Source: an uncultured Candidatus Binatia bacterium (GTDB taxonomy: Bacteria > Desulfobacterota > Binatia > Bin18). From it: a stretch of 64,000 nt of DNA. Under the pieces are notes generated by a model. It was not told the origin of the DNA. It saw only the letters and a program-made list of their open reading frames with translations, and made no database searches. The DNA is taken from contig OZ243961.1 in NCBI GenBank assembly GCA_965214605.1, positions 1,024,001 through 1,088,000 of the forward strand, written 5' to 3'. A program made the position numbers and the translations under genes. This document shows, piece after piece, positions 39,415-51,137 of the stretch. Numbering within the stretch: the first letter of the stretch is position 1; the number at the start of each line of letters is the position of its first letter.

Positions 39415-40065
39415 ATGGAGAGCGAGAGGGGTTGTGTGAACGCGTTGGGGAGAACACTTGGCACGCTTATCGGTATTGGATTCCTATCTCTGGCTCCTAA
39501 CCTAGCCTCAGCCACAGCCTCACCCCTGAACGTCATACAGACAACGATGCAGAAGATTGTTATCATTCTCCAAGATCCAGTCTATCAGGATCCAGGGCAG
39601 AGCGAGGAACGCATCAGAAAAGTCCGTGAGATTGCCCTACCACAGTTTGATTCTCGGGAAATTGCCAAACGAACCTTGGGGATTCACTGGCGTGACCGGA
39701 CAGAGGAACAGCGAGAAGAATTTATCGAGCTTTTTATAAACCTCGTTGAAAAAACCTACAGCAGTACTTTGGATGATTATCACGAAGATACCGAATTTTT
39801 TTTCGATCGCGAGCACATTGACGGTACGTATGCTGAGGTTGATTCTCGGATTACGGTTCCCTCGCTCAACAGAACCTTCTCTTTAAACTACCGTTTGCAC
39901 TTGGTCGAAGGGCAGTGGTTAATCTATGATGTGATGATCGAAAATGTCAGCATGGTTCGTAACTATCGGACCCAATTTAACCGGATTATCAATAAATCCT
40001 CATACGAAAACCTAGTCCAGAGAATCCGTACCAAGCTGAAACAACTCGCCGCGTCGTCCTCATAG
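39415..40065 (+). CDS. mlaC: MlaC/Ttg2D phospholipid-binding protein
   Basis: LGIHW, QREEF, WLIYDVMIENVSMVRNYRTQF. Confidence 0.92.
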   Translation: MESERGCVNALGRTLGTLIGIGFLSLAPNLASATASPLNVIQTTMQKIVIILQDPVYQDPGQSEERIRKVREIALPQFDSREIAKRTLGIHWRDRTEEQREEFIELFINLVEKTYSSTLDDYHEDTEFFFDREHIDGTYAEVDSRITVPSLNRTFSLNYRLHLVEGQWLIYDVMIENVSMVRNYRTQFNRIINKSSYENLVQRIRTKLKQLAASSS

Positions 40066-40116
40066 CCTCCTCCCCTCTTTTCTCAGCCCCAGTGTCTTCG
40101 GCTGCACGCATCGTCC

Positions 40117-40842
40117 TCAGTCGATTTGACACGGGCGTCGGCCCAAGGCTTCCAACAGCAGATGGGGAAAATCGACGGTCATACCGTCCACCCCGGCCGC
40201 AATCGCGGCTTGCATCAGCTCAGGGTCACGCACCCCCCAAGCCCGGATGTCCAACCCCAAGTCTTGCCAGGCACGGACCTGATCCGACGAGATGGCCTTG
40301 GCCGGAGGACAAAACTGGTCAAGTCCGGCCGCAACCACCCGCCCGACAGTCTGTTCCTGCACGTCAGAGGCCAGAAATCCAACCTTGGCCTCTGGATCCA
40401 GAATTTTGAGATTCTGCACGACCGGAAAATAGAACGAGGTAAAAGCGACCGAGTCTAGCAAACCATGTTCCCGGACCAGCTCCAGAACACGGACCTCAAG
40501 GTCAAGCTGTTTTATCTCAATGATCAGCGGAATCCGTTTGCCGTAGCGGACTAAGGTCTCGCCAAACAGCGGCACCCGGACACCACTAAACTCAGTGCTA
40601 AACCACGCCCCAGCATCCAGATTTTTGATCACCGACCATGGCGTCTCCCGCACATAACCCTGACCATTGGTGGTCCGGGCCAGCCGTTCATCGTGGAGAA
40701 GGATCAATATTCCGTCGCTAGTCGCCCGCACATCAGTTTCAATCGCGTCAACCCCCAAAGAGACTGCCAAGTCAAAACTGGCCCAGGTATTTTCGGGTGC
40801 CAAAGCCGCTGCCCCCCGATGTCCGATCACCTGCATGGCCAT
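40117..40842 (-). CDS. Glycerophosphodiester phosphodiesterase
   Basis: IGHRGAAALAPENT, ETDV, HD, IEIK, GVDGMTVDFP. Confidence 0.92.
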   Translation of the reverse strand: MAMQVIGHRGAAALAPENTWASFDLAVSLGVDAIETDVRATSDGILILLHDERLARTTNGQGYVRETPWSVIKNLDAGAWFSTEFSGVRVPLFGETLVRYGKRIPLIIEIKQLDLEVRVLELVREHGLLDSVAFTSFYFPVVQNLKILDPEAKVGFLASDVQEQTVGRVVAAGLDQFCPPAKAISSDQVRAWQDLGLDIRAWGVRDPELMQAAIAAGVDGMTVDFPHLLLEALGRRPCQID

Positions 40843-40973
40843 AGCTGTACCAGATCTAAGCCGCTCTCGCTATGATGGACCGGGCCTACTAGACTACACC
40901 ACGGCTTGCCAGCCCACTGGTCGGGGGGTAGGCTAGCACCCGTGTCGGAAACAAATGGAGCCGAACTGAGACA

Positions 40974-41909
40974 ATGAAAAAGCGCTGGTTCACAAGCTTT
41001 TTGGGGGGGATATTCGGTCTTTTGGTGCTGGGCTTGGCGGTCTCCTACCTGTTCCCTGGATTAGTCCTGACTCTAGCCCTTCGGGCGGCTCGGACAGCGG
41101 CTAGCCTGGAAGAGCAAACGATACGGGTCGCCGAGCACCGAATTCAGTATCTGTCCGGAGGAACCGGAGAAACGCTATTGCTGCTGCACGGCTTTGCCGC
41201 CAACAAAGACAATTGGACGCGCGTTGCCGCCTATCTGACTCCCCATTTTCGTGTCGTGGCACCAGACCTACCAGGCTTTGGCGAAAGTAGTCGAGACGCC
41301 CAAGCTCGCTATGGGATAAGCGATCAGGTTGAACGGCTGCACGCTTTCGCCCGCGCTCTGAATCTGGACCAGTTTCATCTTGGTGGCAATTCGATGGGCG
41401 GTATGATTGCTGGTACCTATGCCGCGCGCTATCCACACCAGGTGCAAAGCCTGTGGTTGTTGGCTCCGGCTGGCGTCGCCTCGGCTCAAACCAGCGAACT
41501 GGCCCAACGCCTGGCTCAGGGCGAAAACCCTCTGCTCATCAGTACCCCTGACGACTTCGACGAATTGCTCGACTTTGTCGCTGTGCAACGACCCGAACTC
41601 CCCGGCCCTATCAAGCGCTATCTGGCAGATCTGGCCATTACCCAACGCGATTTTAACGCCAAGATTGTCCGTGATATGGCAGAAACTCCGCTCTCCTTAG
41701 AGCTCCTCTTAAAAGATCATCCAGCCCCAGCGCTGATCGTATGGGGAGATCAAGATCGTCTCTTGCACGTTTCAGGAGCAGCAATACTAACAGCCCTGAT
41801 GCCGAACGCCGAAGCAGTGGTTATGGCTCACACCGGCCATATCCCCATGATAGAGCGGCCACAGGAAACTGCCGAACGTTTTCTGCGCTTTCAGCACGTT
41901 GACTTCTGA
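40974..41909 (+). CDS. Membrane-anchored alpha/beta hydrolase (lipase-like)
   Basis: N-terminal TM helix, LLHGF, DLPGFGES, GNSMGG, GHIPMIE. Confidence 0.88.
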   Translation: MKKRWFTSFLGGIFGLLVLGLAVSYLFPGLVLTLALRAARTAASLEEQTIRVAEHRIQYLSGGTGETLLLLHGFAANKDNWTRVAAYLTPHFRVVAPDLPGFGESSRDAQARYGISDQVERLHAFARALNLDQFHLGGNSMGGMIAGTYAARYPHQVQSLWLLAPAGVASAQTSELAQRLAQGENPLLISTPDDFDELLDFVAVQRPELPGPIKRYLADLAITQRDFNAKIVRDMAETPLSLELLLKDHPAPALIVWGDQDRLLHVSGAAILTALMPNAEAVVMAHTGHIPMIERPQETAERFLRFQHVDF

Positions 41910-41919
41910 GCCGACAGCC

Positions 41920-42432
41920 TCAGTCTCTGGCCGCCTGTCTCTCACACTCCGACAAGAAGACAAAGCCCAGCCCGAGCAGCAGGTTAGCTTGGACCAGTCG
42001 GGTATACCAGTTGTGTAAGCGGGTAAATTCATCCCGAAAAGCTTGTTTTGTTGGGTCAAAATTCTCAAAATCTTGGATCTCAACCACCCGCAGGTGTTCC
42101 AGACGGTCGGCAATCAGGAGGGCGTATATCAGCAGCCCGACCAGCATCAGCAGCCATATTCCGGTCTTGCACATCCGCAGCCGGGTCCGCTCCGCCGCGG
42201 ACAACAAAAAGTACAGCGTACCAAGTCCCATGCAGGCGGCGGCTATACCTTCCAAGCGGTTGAGTTTGGCGAGAATGACAGCGTTGATATTTCCTGCTAC
42301 GTTGATGCTCGGTGCCTCTTGGAAAACGCTTCCGGCCACTGCAAAACCGAACGTCACCAAGGCCCCAACCCAGACCGCAGCTCCAAGATTTTCAATAAAG
42401 AAAAACACCGTATATGCAGCGCGTTTGCCCAT
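41920..42432 (-). CDS. DUF4149/TMEM205-like membrane protein
   Basis: Four TM helices, WVG...F.VA..VF, FTRLH. Confidence 0.65.
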   Translation of the reverse strand: MGKRAAYTVFFFIENLGAAVWVGALVTFGFAVAGSVFQEAPSINVAGNINAVILAKLNRLEGIAAACMGLGTLYFLLSAAERTRLRMCKTGIWLLMLVGLLIYALLIADRLEHLRVVEIQDFENFDPTKQAFRDEFTRLHNWYTRLVQANLLLGLGFVFLSECERQAARD

Positions 42433-42449
42433 ACCTTATCCCCCATGTC

Positions 42450-45086
42450 CTATTCCTCTCGTAAGGCTAGCGCCGGTGAGGTCCGGGACATCTTGAAAGC
42501 CGGATAGACCCCGGCCAGAAGCGCAGCCGCCACAGCCAGTACCACCGCTTGAACAAGTAAGCCAGGGACAATGTCCAACTCCAGCGTCCAGCCAAACGAT
42601 CGCCGATTAATCACAAATACTAGGACCGAGGCGAGCATCAGGCCGACTGGGAGGGCCAACAGGCCGGCCAACAGGCCCATCACACCAGTCTGGATCGTGA
42701 CCAAGCCCCAGACCTGCCGCGGCGTAAAGCCGGTTGCCCGTAACACGCCAAGTTCGTGTTCGCGCTCCAACTGTAGCGCCATCAGGGCGCTGAGCACACC
42801 GATAAAGGCCACCGCGGTTGTCAGCAGATGGAGCACCGAGGTAATGGTAAAGGTGCGGTCAAAAATCCTGAGCGAGGCTTGCCGCAAATCCCGATTCGAA
42901 CGGATCACGACCTGCTGCTCTGAGCCGACCAGCCGCCGCAGCGACGTCACCATTGCCGCCACGTCCTGTTCAGGACTCACCCACAGTCCCAGCGACGACA
43001 CGCCACGGTCGTCCCAAAACCGCTCATACGTCCGGCGGCTCATCATCACCAGTCCCCGGTCTGAACCATAATCGGCAAAAATCCCGACAATCCGAAAATC
43101 TTGCAGTCCCCGGTCAGTCCGTAAACGGACACGCCCATCCACCTGCAGCTGGTGATGGTAGGCGTACGGCTCTGACACAATGACCGTGTGTTCGGCCTCA
43201 AAGGCGGGCCAAACCACCTCTGGCTGGCCCTCAATGAAACGGTATGTGGTATAAATGTGATTCATCTCGACCTTTGAATGAGAAGGAGAGGAGGAACCGC
43301 GCTCCCTACTGACATCGAGCTGCAGGGCAACCAGCTGGACCCGGCCGGTCGGTGATTCCACCGACACGCGCTGATAGGTACTCACTGCCTTAATCCCCGG
43401 GGCGGATGACAAACGGGCGACAACAGCCGGGGCCAACGTGCCCTCATTCCAGCGCGACACCAGGCTTGGGGGAGAAATATAGATATCGGCCTGCAGGGCG
43501 CTCTCCAGCCAAGAGGCCACAGTCTGCCGAAAACTCTCAATCATAATGCCCACTCCAACAGTCACCGACACGGCGACCATCAGGGCTGCAATTGCCACCG
43601 CGGTCCGGCTCAGCGAGGCCAGAACGCTGCGAATACAGAGACGTCCGACAATATTCGTCCGCGTCCCGATCAGCAGCTGGACTGCCCGCAACACGCCAAC
43701 CACGGCCACCGGCGTGACCAGGACACATCCCAGGAAGATGGTAAACAGGCCGACAAAGCTCAGGACAAGATCACGGCTGGGCAGTATCAGCATGCCTGCC
43801 CCGATCAGCATCAGGCACACGCCGCCTATAGCCGCCCACGGCACGGCCCGTTGCGACTGCGCTTCGAGTGTCGAACGGTTCAGCACCGCGCGTGGCTGGG
43901 TGGTCATGGCCTCCACCGCCGGTGCCAGCGCAGCCACCAGGCTGGCCCCAAGGCCTAAACTCAGCCCTTTGAGCAGTCCCAGCCCGCTAATCGTCAGCTC
44001 GCGCACGCTTAAGACAAAATACAGATCGGTAATCGTCTGGGTCACCAGCTGGATCAGAGTCTGGGCCAAGATAATCCCCAACATGAGTCCAGCGGCAGTG
44101 CCAAGCAGACCAAGCAACACAGCTTCGGTCACGATCAGGCTAAAAATTTCCGGGCGAGTGACGCCGACAACGCGCAGGGTTCCAATAAGATTGCGACGCT
44201 GGACAACCGAAAAGGTCATCGTGTTATAGATCAAAAACATGCCGACAATGAGGGCTAATAGACTCAGCGCGCTCAGATTCAGGCTAAAGGCGCGGGTCAT
44301 TTGAGTCACAGACTGCGAACGGGCAGCCGCACTGCTGATCTCAGTACCGGGCGGTAAGACCCGCCTAATCTTGTCCAGCTCGGCCCGGCCCGCCTGCCCA
44401 TCCGGAATAATCAGATCAACCCGGCTCAAACGCCCGGTCATGCCCAGCAACTCCTGGGCCGTCGCAATATCAGTGACCAGCAGGCTGTCTAGCGCACGGC
44501 GGCTCAGCTCATCGGACGGCTCCAGCAGAGCGATAATGGTGAGCCGATGGCGGACGCCGCCAGCCCGAACGGTGAGGTGATCGTCCCGTTCAGCCTCAAC
44601 GTCGTCGCCGGCGGCCAGGCTGAGACCAAGCTGACGGCCTGTCTCATGCGAGATAATGGCGGTCGCCGGCCGAGTCAAAAAGGACACCAATATGGTCTGC
44701 ATACGGCTGTTGAGCTGTGCCAGATAGGGCCGAAACGGAGCTTCGGCAAACGGATCAACGCCAAACACCCGAAAAGTCCGTCCCGGATACTCGGGCGCGG
44801 CCACATCGCCCTCAACAACTGGAGCCGCTAACCGGATACCGGCCTCAACCCGTACAGCCCGAAATATCTCCTCGGGAATCCCGCGCGAGCCGCCGACGAT
44901 CTGATGCGTCGCCCGTCCCACTACACTTGCGGTTGACAGGAAAAAGGCGCGCTGGGCGCTGCTGTTGGCCAGATCAATGGCCACCACAACCGCCACCCCC
45001 AAGGCCACCCCCACAAAGGATAGACCCATTTGCCACGGATGGCGGATCAGATAGCGTAGACTAGCGCGCCACAGCACCCGGCTCAT
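42450..45086 (-). CDS. FtsX/MacB-like ABC permease (AttF/G-like)
   Basis: [23 protein letters not shown]...[18 protein letters not shown]. Confidence 0.9.
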   Translation of the reverse strand: MSRVLWRASLRYLIRHPWQMGLSFVGVALGVAVVVAIDLANSSAQRAFFLSTASVVGRATHQIVGGSRGIPEEIFRAVRVEAGIRLAAPVVEGDVAAPEYPGRTFRVFGVDPFAEAPFRPYLAQLNSRMQTILVSFLTRPATAIISHETGRQLGLSLAAGDDVEAERDDHLTVRAGGVRHRLTIIALLEPSDELSRRALDSLLVTDIATAQELLGMTGRLSRVDLIIPDGQAGRAELDKIRRVLPPGTEISSAAARSQSVTQMTRAFSLNLSALSLLALIVGMFLIYNTMTFSVVQRRNLIGTLRVVGVTRPEIFSLIVTEAVLLGLLGTAAGLMLGIILAQTLIQLVTQTITDLYFVLSVRELTISGLGLLKGLSLGLGASLVAALAPAVEAMTTQPRAVLNRSTLEAQSQRAVPWAAIGGVCLMLIGAGMLILPSRDLVLSFVGLFTIFLGCVLVTPVAVVGVLRAVQLLIGTRTNIVGRLCIRSVLASLSRTAVAIAALMVAVSVTVGVGIMIESFRQTVASWLESALQADIYISPPSLVSRWNEGTLAPAVVARLSSAPGIKAVSTYQRVSVESPTGRVQLVALQLDVSRERGSSSPSHSKVEMNHIYTTYRFIEGQPEVVWPAFEAEHTVIVSEPYAYHHQLQVDGRVRLRTDRGLQDFRIVGIFADYGSDRGLVMMSRRTYERFWDDRGVSSLGLWVSPEQDVAAMVTSLRRLVGSEQQVVIRSNRDLRQASLRIFDRTFTITSVLHLLTTAVAFIGVLSALMALQLEREHELGVLRATGFTPRQVWGLVTIQTGVMGLLAGLLALPVGLMLASVLVFVINRRSFGWTLELDIVPGLLVQAVVLAVAAALLAGVYPAFKMSRTSPALALREE

Positions 45087-45802
45087 CGGGATGCCTCGGC
45101 CAATCGTTCGAAGAGATGGCCGTCTTGGATACTGAAAATGCGATCGGCCATGCCGATAACCTCTTGACTATGGGTCACCATCAGCAGGGTCTTGCCAGCT
45201 TGGCGGGTCAGACAGTCGAGCAAATCAAGCACCACACGGCCGGTCTCAATATCCAGATTGCCGGTCGGCTCGTCAGCCAGAATTAAGAGCGGCTCATGCA
45301 CCAGGGCGCGGGCAATTGCCACCCGCTGCTGCTCTCCACCGGACAGGCGATCAGAAAAATCGTCCGCTCGGTCGGCCAGACCGACCCGGTCTAACATGGC
45401 CAGGCTGGCCTGTTCTGCCCGCGTCGCGTCCCAGCCGTTCAGTTCTAAAGGTAGCAGCACATTCTCTTTAATACTGAGCGTTGGCAGCAGATTAAAAAAC
45501 TGAAAGACAAAGCCGATATACTGCCGACGGAACAGGGTGCGTTGTTGCTCGCTGAGCCGGGAGAGACACAGTGGACTAGGCTCGACCGGATCAGGATACA
45601 TCACAACCTCACCCGAGGTCGGCATATCAATCCCGCTGATCAGATTCAGCAGGGTCGATTTCCCCGAACCACTTCGACCTAACAGGACGACAAACTCGCC
45701 AGCCTGAATCGTGAGATTGACACCACGCAGGACCGCATGGGACCATTCGCTCTCCTGATACACCTTGGTCAAACCGCGCAGTTCGATCAGTGAGGTAGCC
45801 AT
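45083..45802 (-). CDS. LolD/MacB-type ABC ATPase (AttE-like)
   Basis: [35 protein letters not shown]. Confidence 0.92.
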   Translation of the reverse strand: MATSLIELRGLTKVYQESEWSHAVLRGVNLTIQAGEFVVLLGRSGSGKSTLLNLISGIDMPTSGEVVMYPDPVEPSPLCLSRLSEQQRTLFRRQYIGFVFQFFNLLPTLSIKENVLLPLELNGWDATRAEQASLAMLDRVGLADRADDFSDRLSGGEQQRVAIARALVHEPLLILADEPTGNLDIETGRVVLDLLDCLTRQAGKTLLMVTHSQEVIGMADRIFSIQDGHLFERLAEASR

Positions 45803-47325
45803 GCCTGGAGAGTGTTTCAGAAACTCCGCCGGGGTCAAGTCGTGGCCAGAAAACCGCCTCCCACACAAGTCGTCATGCACCAGAGGCGCTTTTCTCAACC
45901 GAGAAATCTAAAATTAGCTGTGAGGTTGATCAAACAGCAACGGTATATCCAAGAACGATAGTAGAGACAATATCGTACGGCGCGGCACCTAGTTGCTGAT
46001 GCGACGTTGGAGTGCCTAGGATATGAAGTCCATGAGGAGCCCCGGCCGCGCGACTCATTGAGGAAATAATGCTGGAGGCCGCGCGAAGTCTCTCTCAATG
46101 ATAATGCAGCAACATCCCCCTTTTACCTGACTCGCCGGCCTCAGGAAGCAAAGGTCGCTAAGGAAAAGAGAACCAGCATCAAGGAATTTGTCGCGGCCGT
46201 CATCGCGGAGAAATTCGCTGTACCGAAAACAGCGCTCTTTTTGAACACTGCCGTCAACGGGCCGACCGTAACGCCTTTGATCGTATCAAAAAGGGAAAAG
46301 AGGAGCAGCCGCCAAGCTCGGAAGACCGGCAAGGAATAGCAGTCGAAGGTCTCCCACGCATGGCACAGCCGGTCGACCACTTCGGCTTTCTTCCGACGAA
46401 AAGACGACGCCTGTCCTATCTGTCAGAGTCAGGCTCGGAGCCAAGAGGGGAAATCCTGCCACCACCAGATTGTTATTCCCCACAGTCGCCGTGGCTGTGC
46501 TGCCCCACAGACCGCAGACCCGTATCGGCCGCGTCCGCGCCAATCAGTTGCCAAGAGCGATTGGGGAGCTCCAGATGCCTGAGCCGTGGAGTAGAGCAGT
46601 CAATGTGATCTCGACCGGAATGAGACGCGTCCCGAGTGGCATGATGAGATTGATCTCCAAGCCGTCATGGGAACGCCAGAAACAAGATGGAGCCGTTTGC
46701 CTACCAACGCAGAGATTTCGATCGCCTCGCTGCTGACTATGCCCTCAAACAGCACTCCTCTCATCGCTCCGGTCGACGCGGCCCGGCCGTTCGGTTGGCG
46801 AGCCAGCGTGGAGACCAGACCTGAATCCAGACAATATAATGGGGGAGTTTTGGTCAGCTGTTTGCCATAATTTTTATGGTACAGGATGAGGAAAAAGACG
46901 ACACAAGACAGCCTTGAGGAGGCGGCCCCGGGTCGGAGGCAGACGGTATTGAATACCTATCCATACGTACTCGCGCCTAAGGCGCCGGCATGTCTCGAAG
47001 ATCCACAGACTCCTAGGATATTTTGCAGTGGTTCGGATATCGCGTTCAACAGGAGTCTGGATATCCGAGCTCATCTACAGGTCGCGTCCCCCCGGATACA
47101 GCGCCGGTTCTGGATAGCCCCCTACCCAGAGCCATTCTCCGAGAACGGTATGCGTCCGTTCCAACAGATTGATTAGATCTGTCACAGCAAACAGTAGCAT
47201 TTCTACACAACACCGCTGCTTGCGTACCCTTTCCTCCAGAAGACCCCCTATATACTATGGAGTATCTTTACCTACGATGACCACTTTGCCCGAGAAGGCT
47301 TTTCGATTCTGCTGTGGGGCAAATA

Positions 47326-48504
47326 TCACCCGAATACGCCCCTGGCTCGAAGATCCGTGATCTGAGTTGACGACAGCCCAAGCTCGGTCAACACCTGCTC
47401 GGTGTGCTGACCGAGCATCGGCGCGGGCAAGCGCAGCTCAGCCGGCGTTTCTTCAAAACGGGCCGCCGGGCGGGTCATCCGTGTACGGCCGACATACGGA
47501 TGCTCGGACTCGACGATCAGCCGGTTGGCCAGGACCTGTTCGTTGGTCAGCATTTCTTGACGACTGAGGGCTGGCGCGCAGGGAACCTGCTCAGCATCAA
47601 GACGGGCGAGCCACTCGGCAGTCGTCCGCGTTTTCATAACCTCAGCCGTCATGTCGAGTCTGGTATCAGCATGTCTCATCCGACTGGCCGGGGTGCGAAA
47701 ACGTTCGTCCTCAAGCCACTCCAGTCGGTCCAGCGCCCGGAGCATACCGGCCCATTCCTTATCCGACATTGCCCCAGCGGTGATATAGCCGTCGGCCGTC
47801 TTAAAAATTAGATCGCGTGTGTCTGGCGGTCGTGAGGCAGTTTTACCGTTGCCTACAAAGGTGTGAGCGGCCATACCTTCCGGCCACAAAAAGGACACCA
47901 CCGCATCCAACATCGCCAACCGAACGTGCTGCCCCTTACCCGTCCGCTCTCGCGCTAAAAGGGCGGCGGTGATCGCCTGAGCCGCGGTCAAGGCTGTCAC
48001 CTTGTCCGGAATGACCAAGCGCATCATCTTCGGCCGTCCGGTCACGGGGTCGCGTTGGATATCGGTCAGGCCGGACAACGCCTGAATCACCGGATCATAC
48101 ACCCGTTTCTGGGTGTACGGACCGACCTCGCCAAAGCCGCTAATTGAGACATAGATCAGCTCGGGCTTGACCTCACGCAGGGTGGCTTCACCGATACCCA
48201 TACGCTCAACCGTTCCGGGCCGGAAATTCTGGACAAAAACGTCCGCCTCGGCCACCAGCTGTTTGAGCAAGCCAACCCCCTGCTCGTGCTTCAAATCTAT
48301 GGCTACCGACCGTTTGTTACGGTTAATCATGGCAAAGGTCGGGGAGATACCTTTGCGTCCAAAGGCCCGGGTCAGATCTCCAGCCTGGGGCGGCTCGACC
48401 TTAATCACGTCGGCCCCCTGATCACCGAGGATCATGGTCGACATTGGGCCAGATAGCATCTGCGTCACATCAATTACACGGTAGCCAGCAAGCGGTCCAG
48501 ACAT
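47326..48504 (-). CDS. CaiB/BaiF family III CoA-transferase
   Basis: GADVIKVEPP, NRNKRS, ADVFVQNFRPG, SISGFG, YD, APMLGQHT. Confidence 0.93.
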   Translation of the reverse strand: MSGPLAGYRVIDVTQMLSGPMSTMILGDQGADVIKVEPPQAGDLTRAFGRKGISPTFAMINRNKRSVAIDLKHEQGVGLLKQLVAEADVFVQNFRPGTVERMGIGEATLREVKPELIYVSISGFGEVGPYTQKRVYDPVIQALSGLTDIQRDPVTGRPKMMRLVIPDKVTALTAAQAITAALLARERTGKGQHVRLAMLDAVVSFLWPEGMAAHTFVGNGKTASRPPDTRDLIFKTADGYITAGAMSDKEWAGMLRALDRLEWLEDERFRTPASRMRHADTRLDMTAEVMKTRTTAEWLARLDAEQVPCAPALSRQEMLTNEQVLANRLIVESEHPYVGRTRMTRPAARFEETPAELRLPAPMLGQHTEQVLTELGLSSTQITDLRARGVFG

Positions 48505-48651
48505 AAGCGATTCTCCTTTTGCGCCTATCCTAGCGAAGGCTCAGACTGAGGGGAACTAGGCAGACCGCTTGGCCGATCCGGGCTCTTCAAAAGTCGCCCG
48601 AGATATGCTTTTCATTGCACGAGTACAGCTTGTACCGAAAGGAGGGGGACA

Positions 48652-49818
48652 ATGACGCTTCCACAATTACCGAGTTTACCCATGTCCGGGGCAATTGACG
48701 CCGATGGCCATATTCTTGAGGCCCCAGATCTGTGGGAAAAATATCTGGAACCCCAGTACCGCGACCGGGCGGTCCGCATCCGTAAAGATAAGGACAACCT
48801 CGAATATCTTGAAGTCAATGGCAAGCCGTGCAAAATGATGCGCCGTGGAGCTCCCTCAAGCCTAGGCGTCATGGACCAGTTGGGCGGATTCAGATATGAG
48901 CGCGAACCAACAGGCAGCGGCTATGTCGACAATGCCTCGTTTGGCTCGATGGACCCCACCGAACGTCTCCAGCGTCTTGATATCGAGAACATCGAACGCG
49001 CCTTTCTTTATCCAACCCTGGGACTGTTGTGGGAGCCCGAGTGCGACGATCTCGCCCTATCCATGGCCTACGCGCGGGCGTACAACCGCTGGATCGTTGA
49101 TTTTTGTTCTGATTCAGGTGGACGGCTCATTCCGATTGCCCATATTCCATTCGGGCTGCCTGACCTGGCCGAAGCTGAACTACGCCGGGCGGCCAAAGAC
49201 GGGGTCAAGGGCTTCTTCGCCCCGCCGTTTATCTGGAGCCGCAAGCCCCATGGCCATCCCGACCATCACCGCATCTTTGCCGCGGCCCAAGAACTCGGCC
49301 TGCCGTTTGGTATTCACCCGTCGTTTGAGCCGCATTGGGCCGCCCCGACCCGCTTCGGCAAGATGACAGGCAAAGACACCGCCTTCTTTCAGAACGTCGC
49401 TCTGGGCAACGTCATCCGTGAAGGTTTCACCACCCTCTTTCAATACGGCATATTTGACCTGTTTCCCGAACTCAAAGTGATTGTCTTGGAGGTTGGCGCA
49501 GGCTGGGCCGGGTACTGGATTGAGCGCATGGACGCAGCCTATGAGTCACCGCTGGGCAAGAGCGTACCGCTCGAAAACAAGCCCAGCGAGTATTTTCGTC
49601 GCCAGTGCTGGATTTCAGGCGACCCTGACGAGAGGTCGGTCGCCGGAGTAATTCCCTTTGTGGGTGAAGACCGTTTTTTCTGGGCCAGCGATTTCCCCCA
49701 CTCCGACCACCTACCCGAGTATATTCCCAATCTGATCGAACTCGTCTCTCTGCTGCCCGAATCGGCCCGCCCCGGACTGCTGGGGAAAAATGTCCTGGAT
49801 TGCTACGGTTTGAGGTGA
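48652..49818 (+). CDS. Amidohydrolase_2 family protein
   Basis: IDADGHILE, LYPT, RAYNRW, HP, FPELKV..LE.G.GW, WASDFPH. Confidence 0.9.
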   Translation: MTLPQLPSLPMSGAIDADGHILEAPDLWEKYLEPQYRDRAVRIRKDKDNLEYLEVNGKPCKMMRRGAPSSLGVMDQLGGFRYEREPTGSGYVDNASFGSMDPTERLQRLDIENIERAFLYPTLGLLWEPECDDLALSMAYARAYNRWIVDFCSDSGGRLIPIAHIPFGLPDLAEAELRRAAKDGVKGFFAPPFIWSRKPHGHPDHHRIFAAAQELGLPFGIHPSFEPHWAAPTRFGKMTGKDTAFFQNVALGNVIREGFTTLFQYGIFDLFPELKVIVLEVGAGWAGYWIERMDAAYESPLGKSVPLENKPSEYFRRQCWISGDPDERSVAGVIPFVGEDRFFWASDFPHSDHLPEYIPNLIELVSLLPESARPGLLGKNVLDCYGLR

Positions 49819-49891
49819 GCCTTTACGCTGCCGAGCACGGGCTAAAAGCCATGCCCCTTACGCTCCCGGCGGCGGTGGACCTGGAGGAAGC

Positions 49892-51136
49892 ATGACCAAG
49901 AATCTGTACGCGACCGCACTGCAACAGTTTGATAAAGCCCTGCAGTATGTGGACATCAGCCCCGGTATTGCCGCCTATCTTCGCCTCCCGAAACGGGAAC
50001 TCATAGTAAATTTTCCAATTGAGATGGACGACGGTTCGGTCCGAGTGCTTACCGGCTACCGGGTACACCACAACGTCGCCCTGGGGCCGACCAAAGGCGG
50101 ACTGCGCTACCATCCAGAGGTCAGCCTGGACGAGATCCGAGCCCTGGCCATGTGGATGACCTGGAAATGCGCGATGCTGGGCATCCCCTACGGCGGGGCC
50201 AAAGGCGGAGTAGTGTGTAATCCGCGAGAGCTATCGGTCCGGGAGCTCGAAAACCTCACTCGCCGCTATGCGACTGAAATCAGCGTGTTGATGAACCCCC
50301 AGGGCGACATCCCAGCCCCGGACGTTGGGACCGGCGAGCGGGAGATGGCCTGGATCATGGACACCTACTCCATGCACCACGGCTATTCGGTACCGGCAGT
50401 CGTGACCGGCAAGCCCCTGGTCATCGGCGGCTCACTAGGCCGGCGCGAAGCCACCGGGCGAGGGGTCATGCTCACCACCTTGGAAGCCCTTAAACGCAGA
50501 AAAATTCCGGTCCAGAACGCGCGGGTCGTGGTCCAAGGGTTTGGCAAGGTCGGGGGCCCGGCAGCGTATCTGACCGAAGAGCGCGGGGCCAGGATCATTG
50601 CCGTCAGCGATGCCAACGCCGGCGTATATAATCCGGATGGGCTGGCATGTAGGGATCTTGTGCACTATGCGCATCAGCACGGGACTGTCAGCGGCTACCC
50701 CCAGGCCGAGCCGATCAGCAATGCCGATCTTCTCCAGCTGGAGTGTGAGGTGCTGATGCCGTGTGCTCTGGAAAACCAGATTACGGCCGACAATGCCCCA
50801 TCTATTCGGGCCCAGATTATCGCCGAAGGCGCCAACGGCCCACTCACCCCGGAGGCCGACGAGATTCTGATCAACAAAGGCGTGTTTATTATCCCCGATG
50901 TGCTGTGCAACGCCGGTGGGGTGAGTGTATCCTACTTTGAGTGGGTCCAAGGACTGCAATCCTTTTTCTGGACCGAAGACGAAATCAATGAACGCCTGCG
51001 CCAGATCATGGTCCGCGGCTTTCAGCGGATCTCACACCTGGCGCACGAAAAACAGGTTGATAGCCGGACCGCGTCGCAGATCCTGGCCATCGAGCGAGTC
51101 GCCGCAGCCATGGCCCAGCGCGGGATCTACCCCTAG
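49892..51136 (+). CDS. gdhA: Glu/Leu/Phe/Val dehydrogenase (glutamate dehydrogenase)
   Basis: GPTKGGLRYHP, PYGGAKGG, DIPAPDVGT, QGFGKVG, EGANGP, NAGGVSVSYFEW. Confidence 0.94.
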   Translation: MTKNLYATALQQFDKALQYVDISPGIAAYLRLPKRELIVNFPIEMDDGSVRVLTGYRVHHNVALGPTKGGLRYHPEVSLDEIRALAMWMTWKCAMLGIPYGGAKGGVVCNPRELSVRELENLTRRYATEISVLMNPQGDIPAPDVGTGEREMAWIMDTYSMHHGYSVPAVVTGKPLVIGGSLGRREATGRGVMLTTLEALKRRKIPVQNARVVVQGFGKVGGPAAYLTEERGARIIAVSDANAGVYNPDGLACRDLVHYAHQHGTVSGYPQAEPISNADLLQLECEVLMPCALENQITADNAPSIRAQIIAEGANGPLTPEADEILINKGVFIIPDVLCNAGGVSVSYFEWVQGLQSFFWTEDEINERLRQIMVRGFQRISHLAHEKQVDSRTASQILAIERVAAAMAQRGIYP

Positions 51137-51137
51137 C

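Noticed and set aside
46886-47176. 96-aa ORF, with an alternative frame resembling a GNAT fragment (GIEYLSIR...GAGMSRR...ILQWF)
   Set aside because: Similarity too weak and interrupted by stops to support a call
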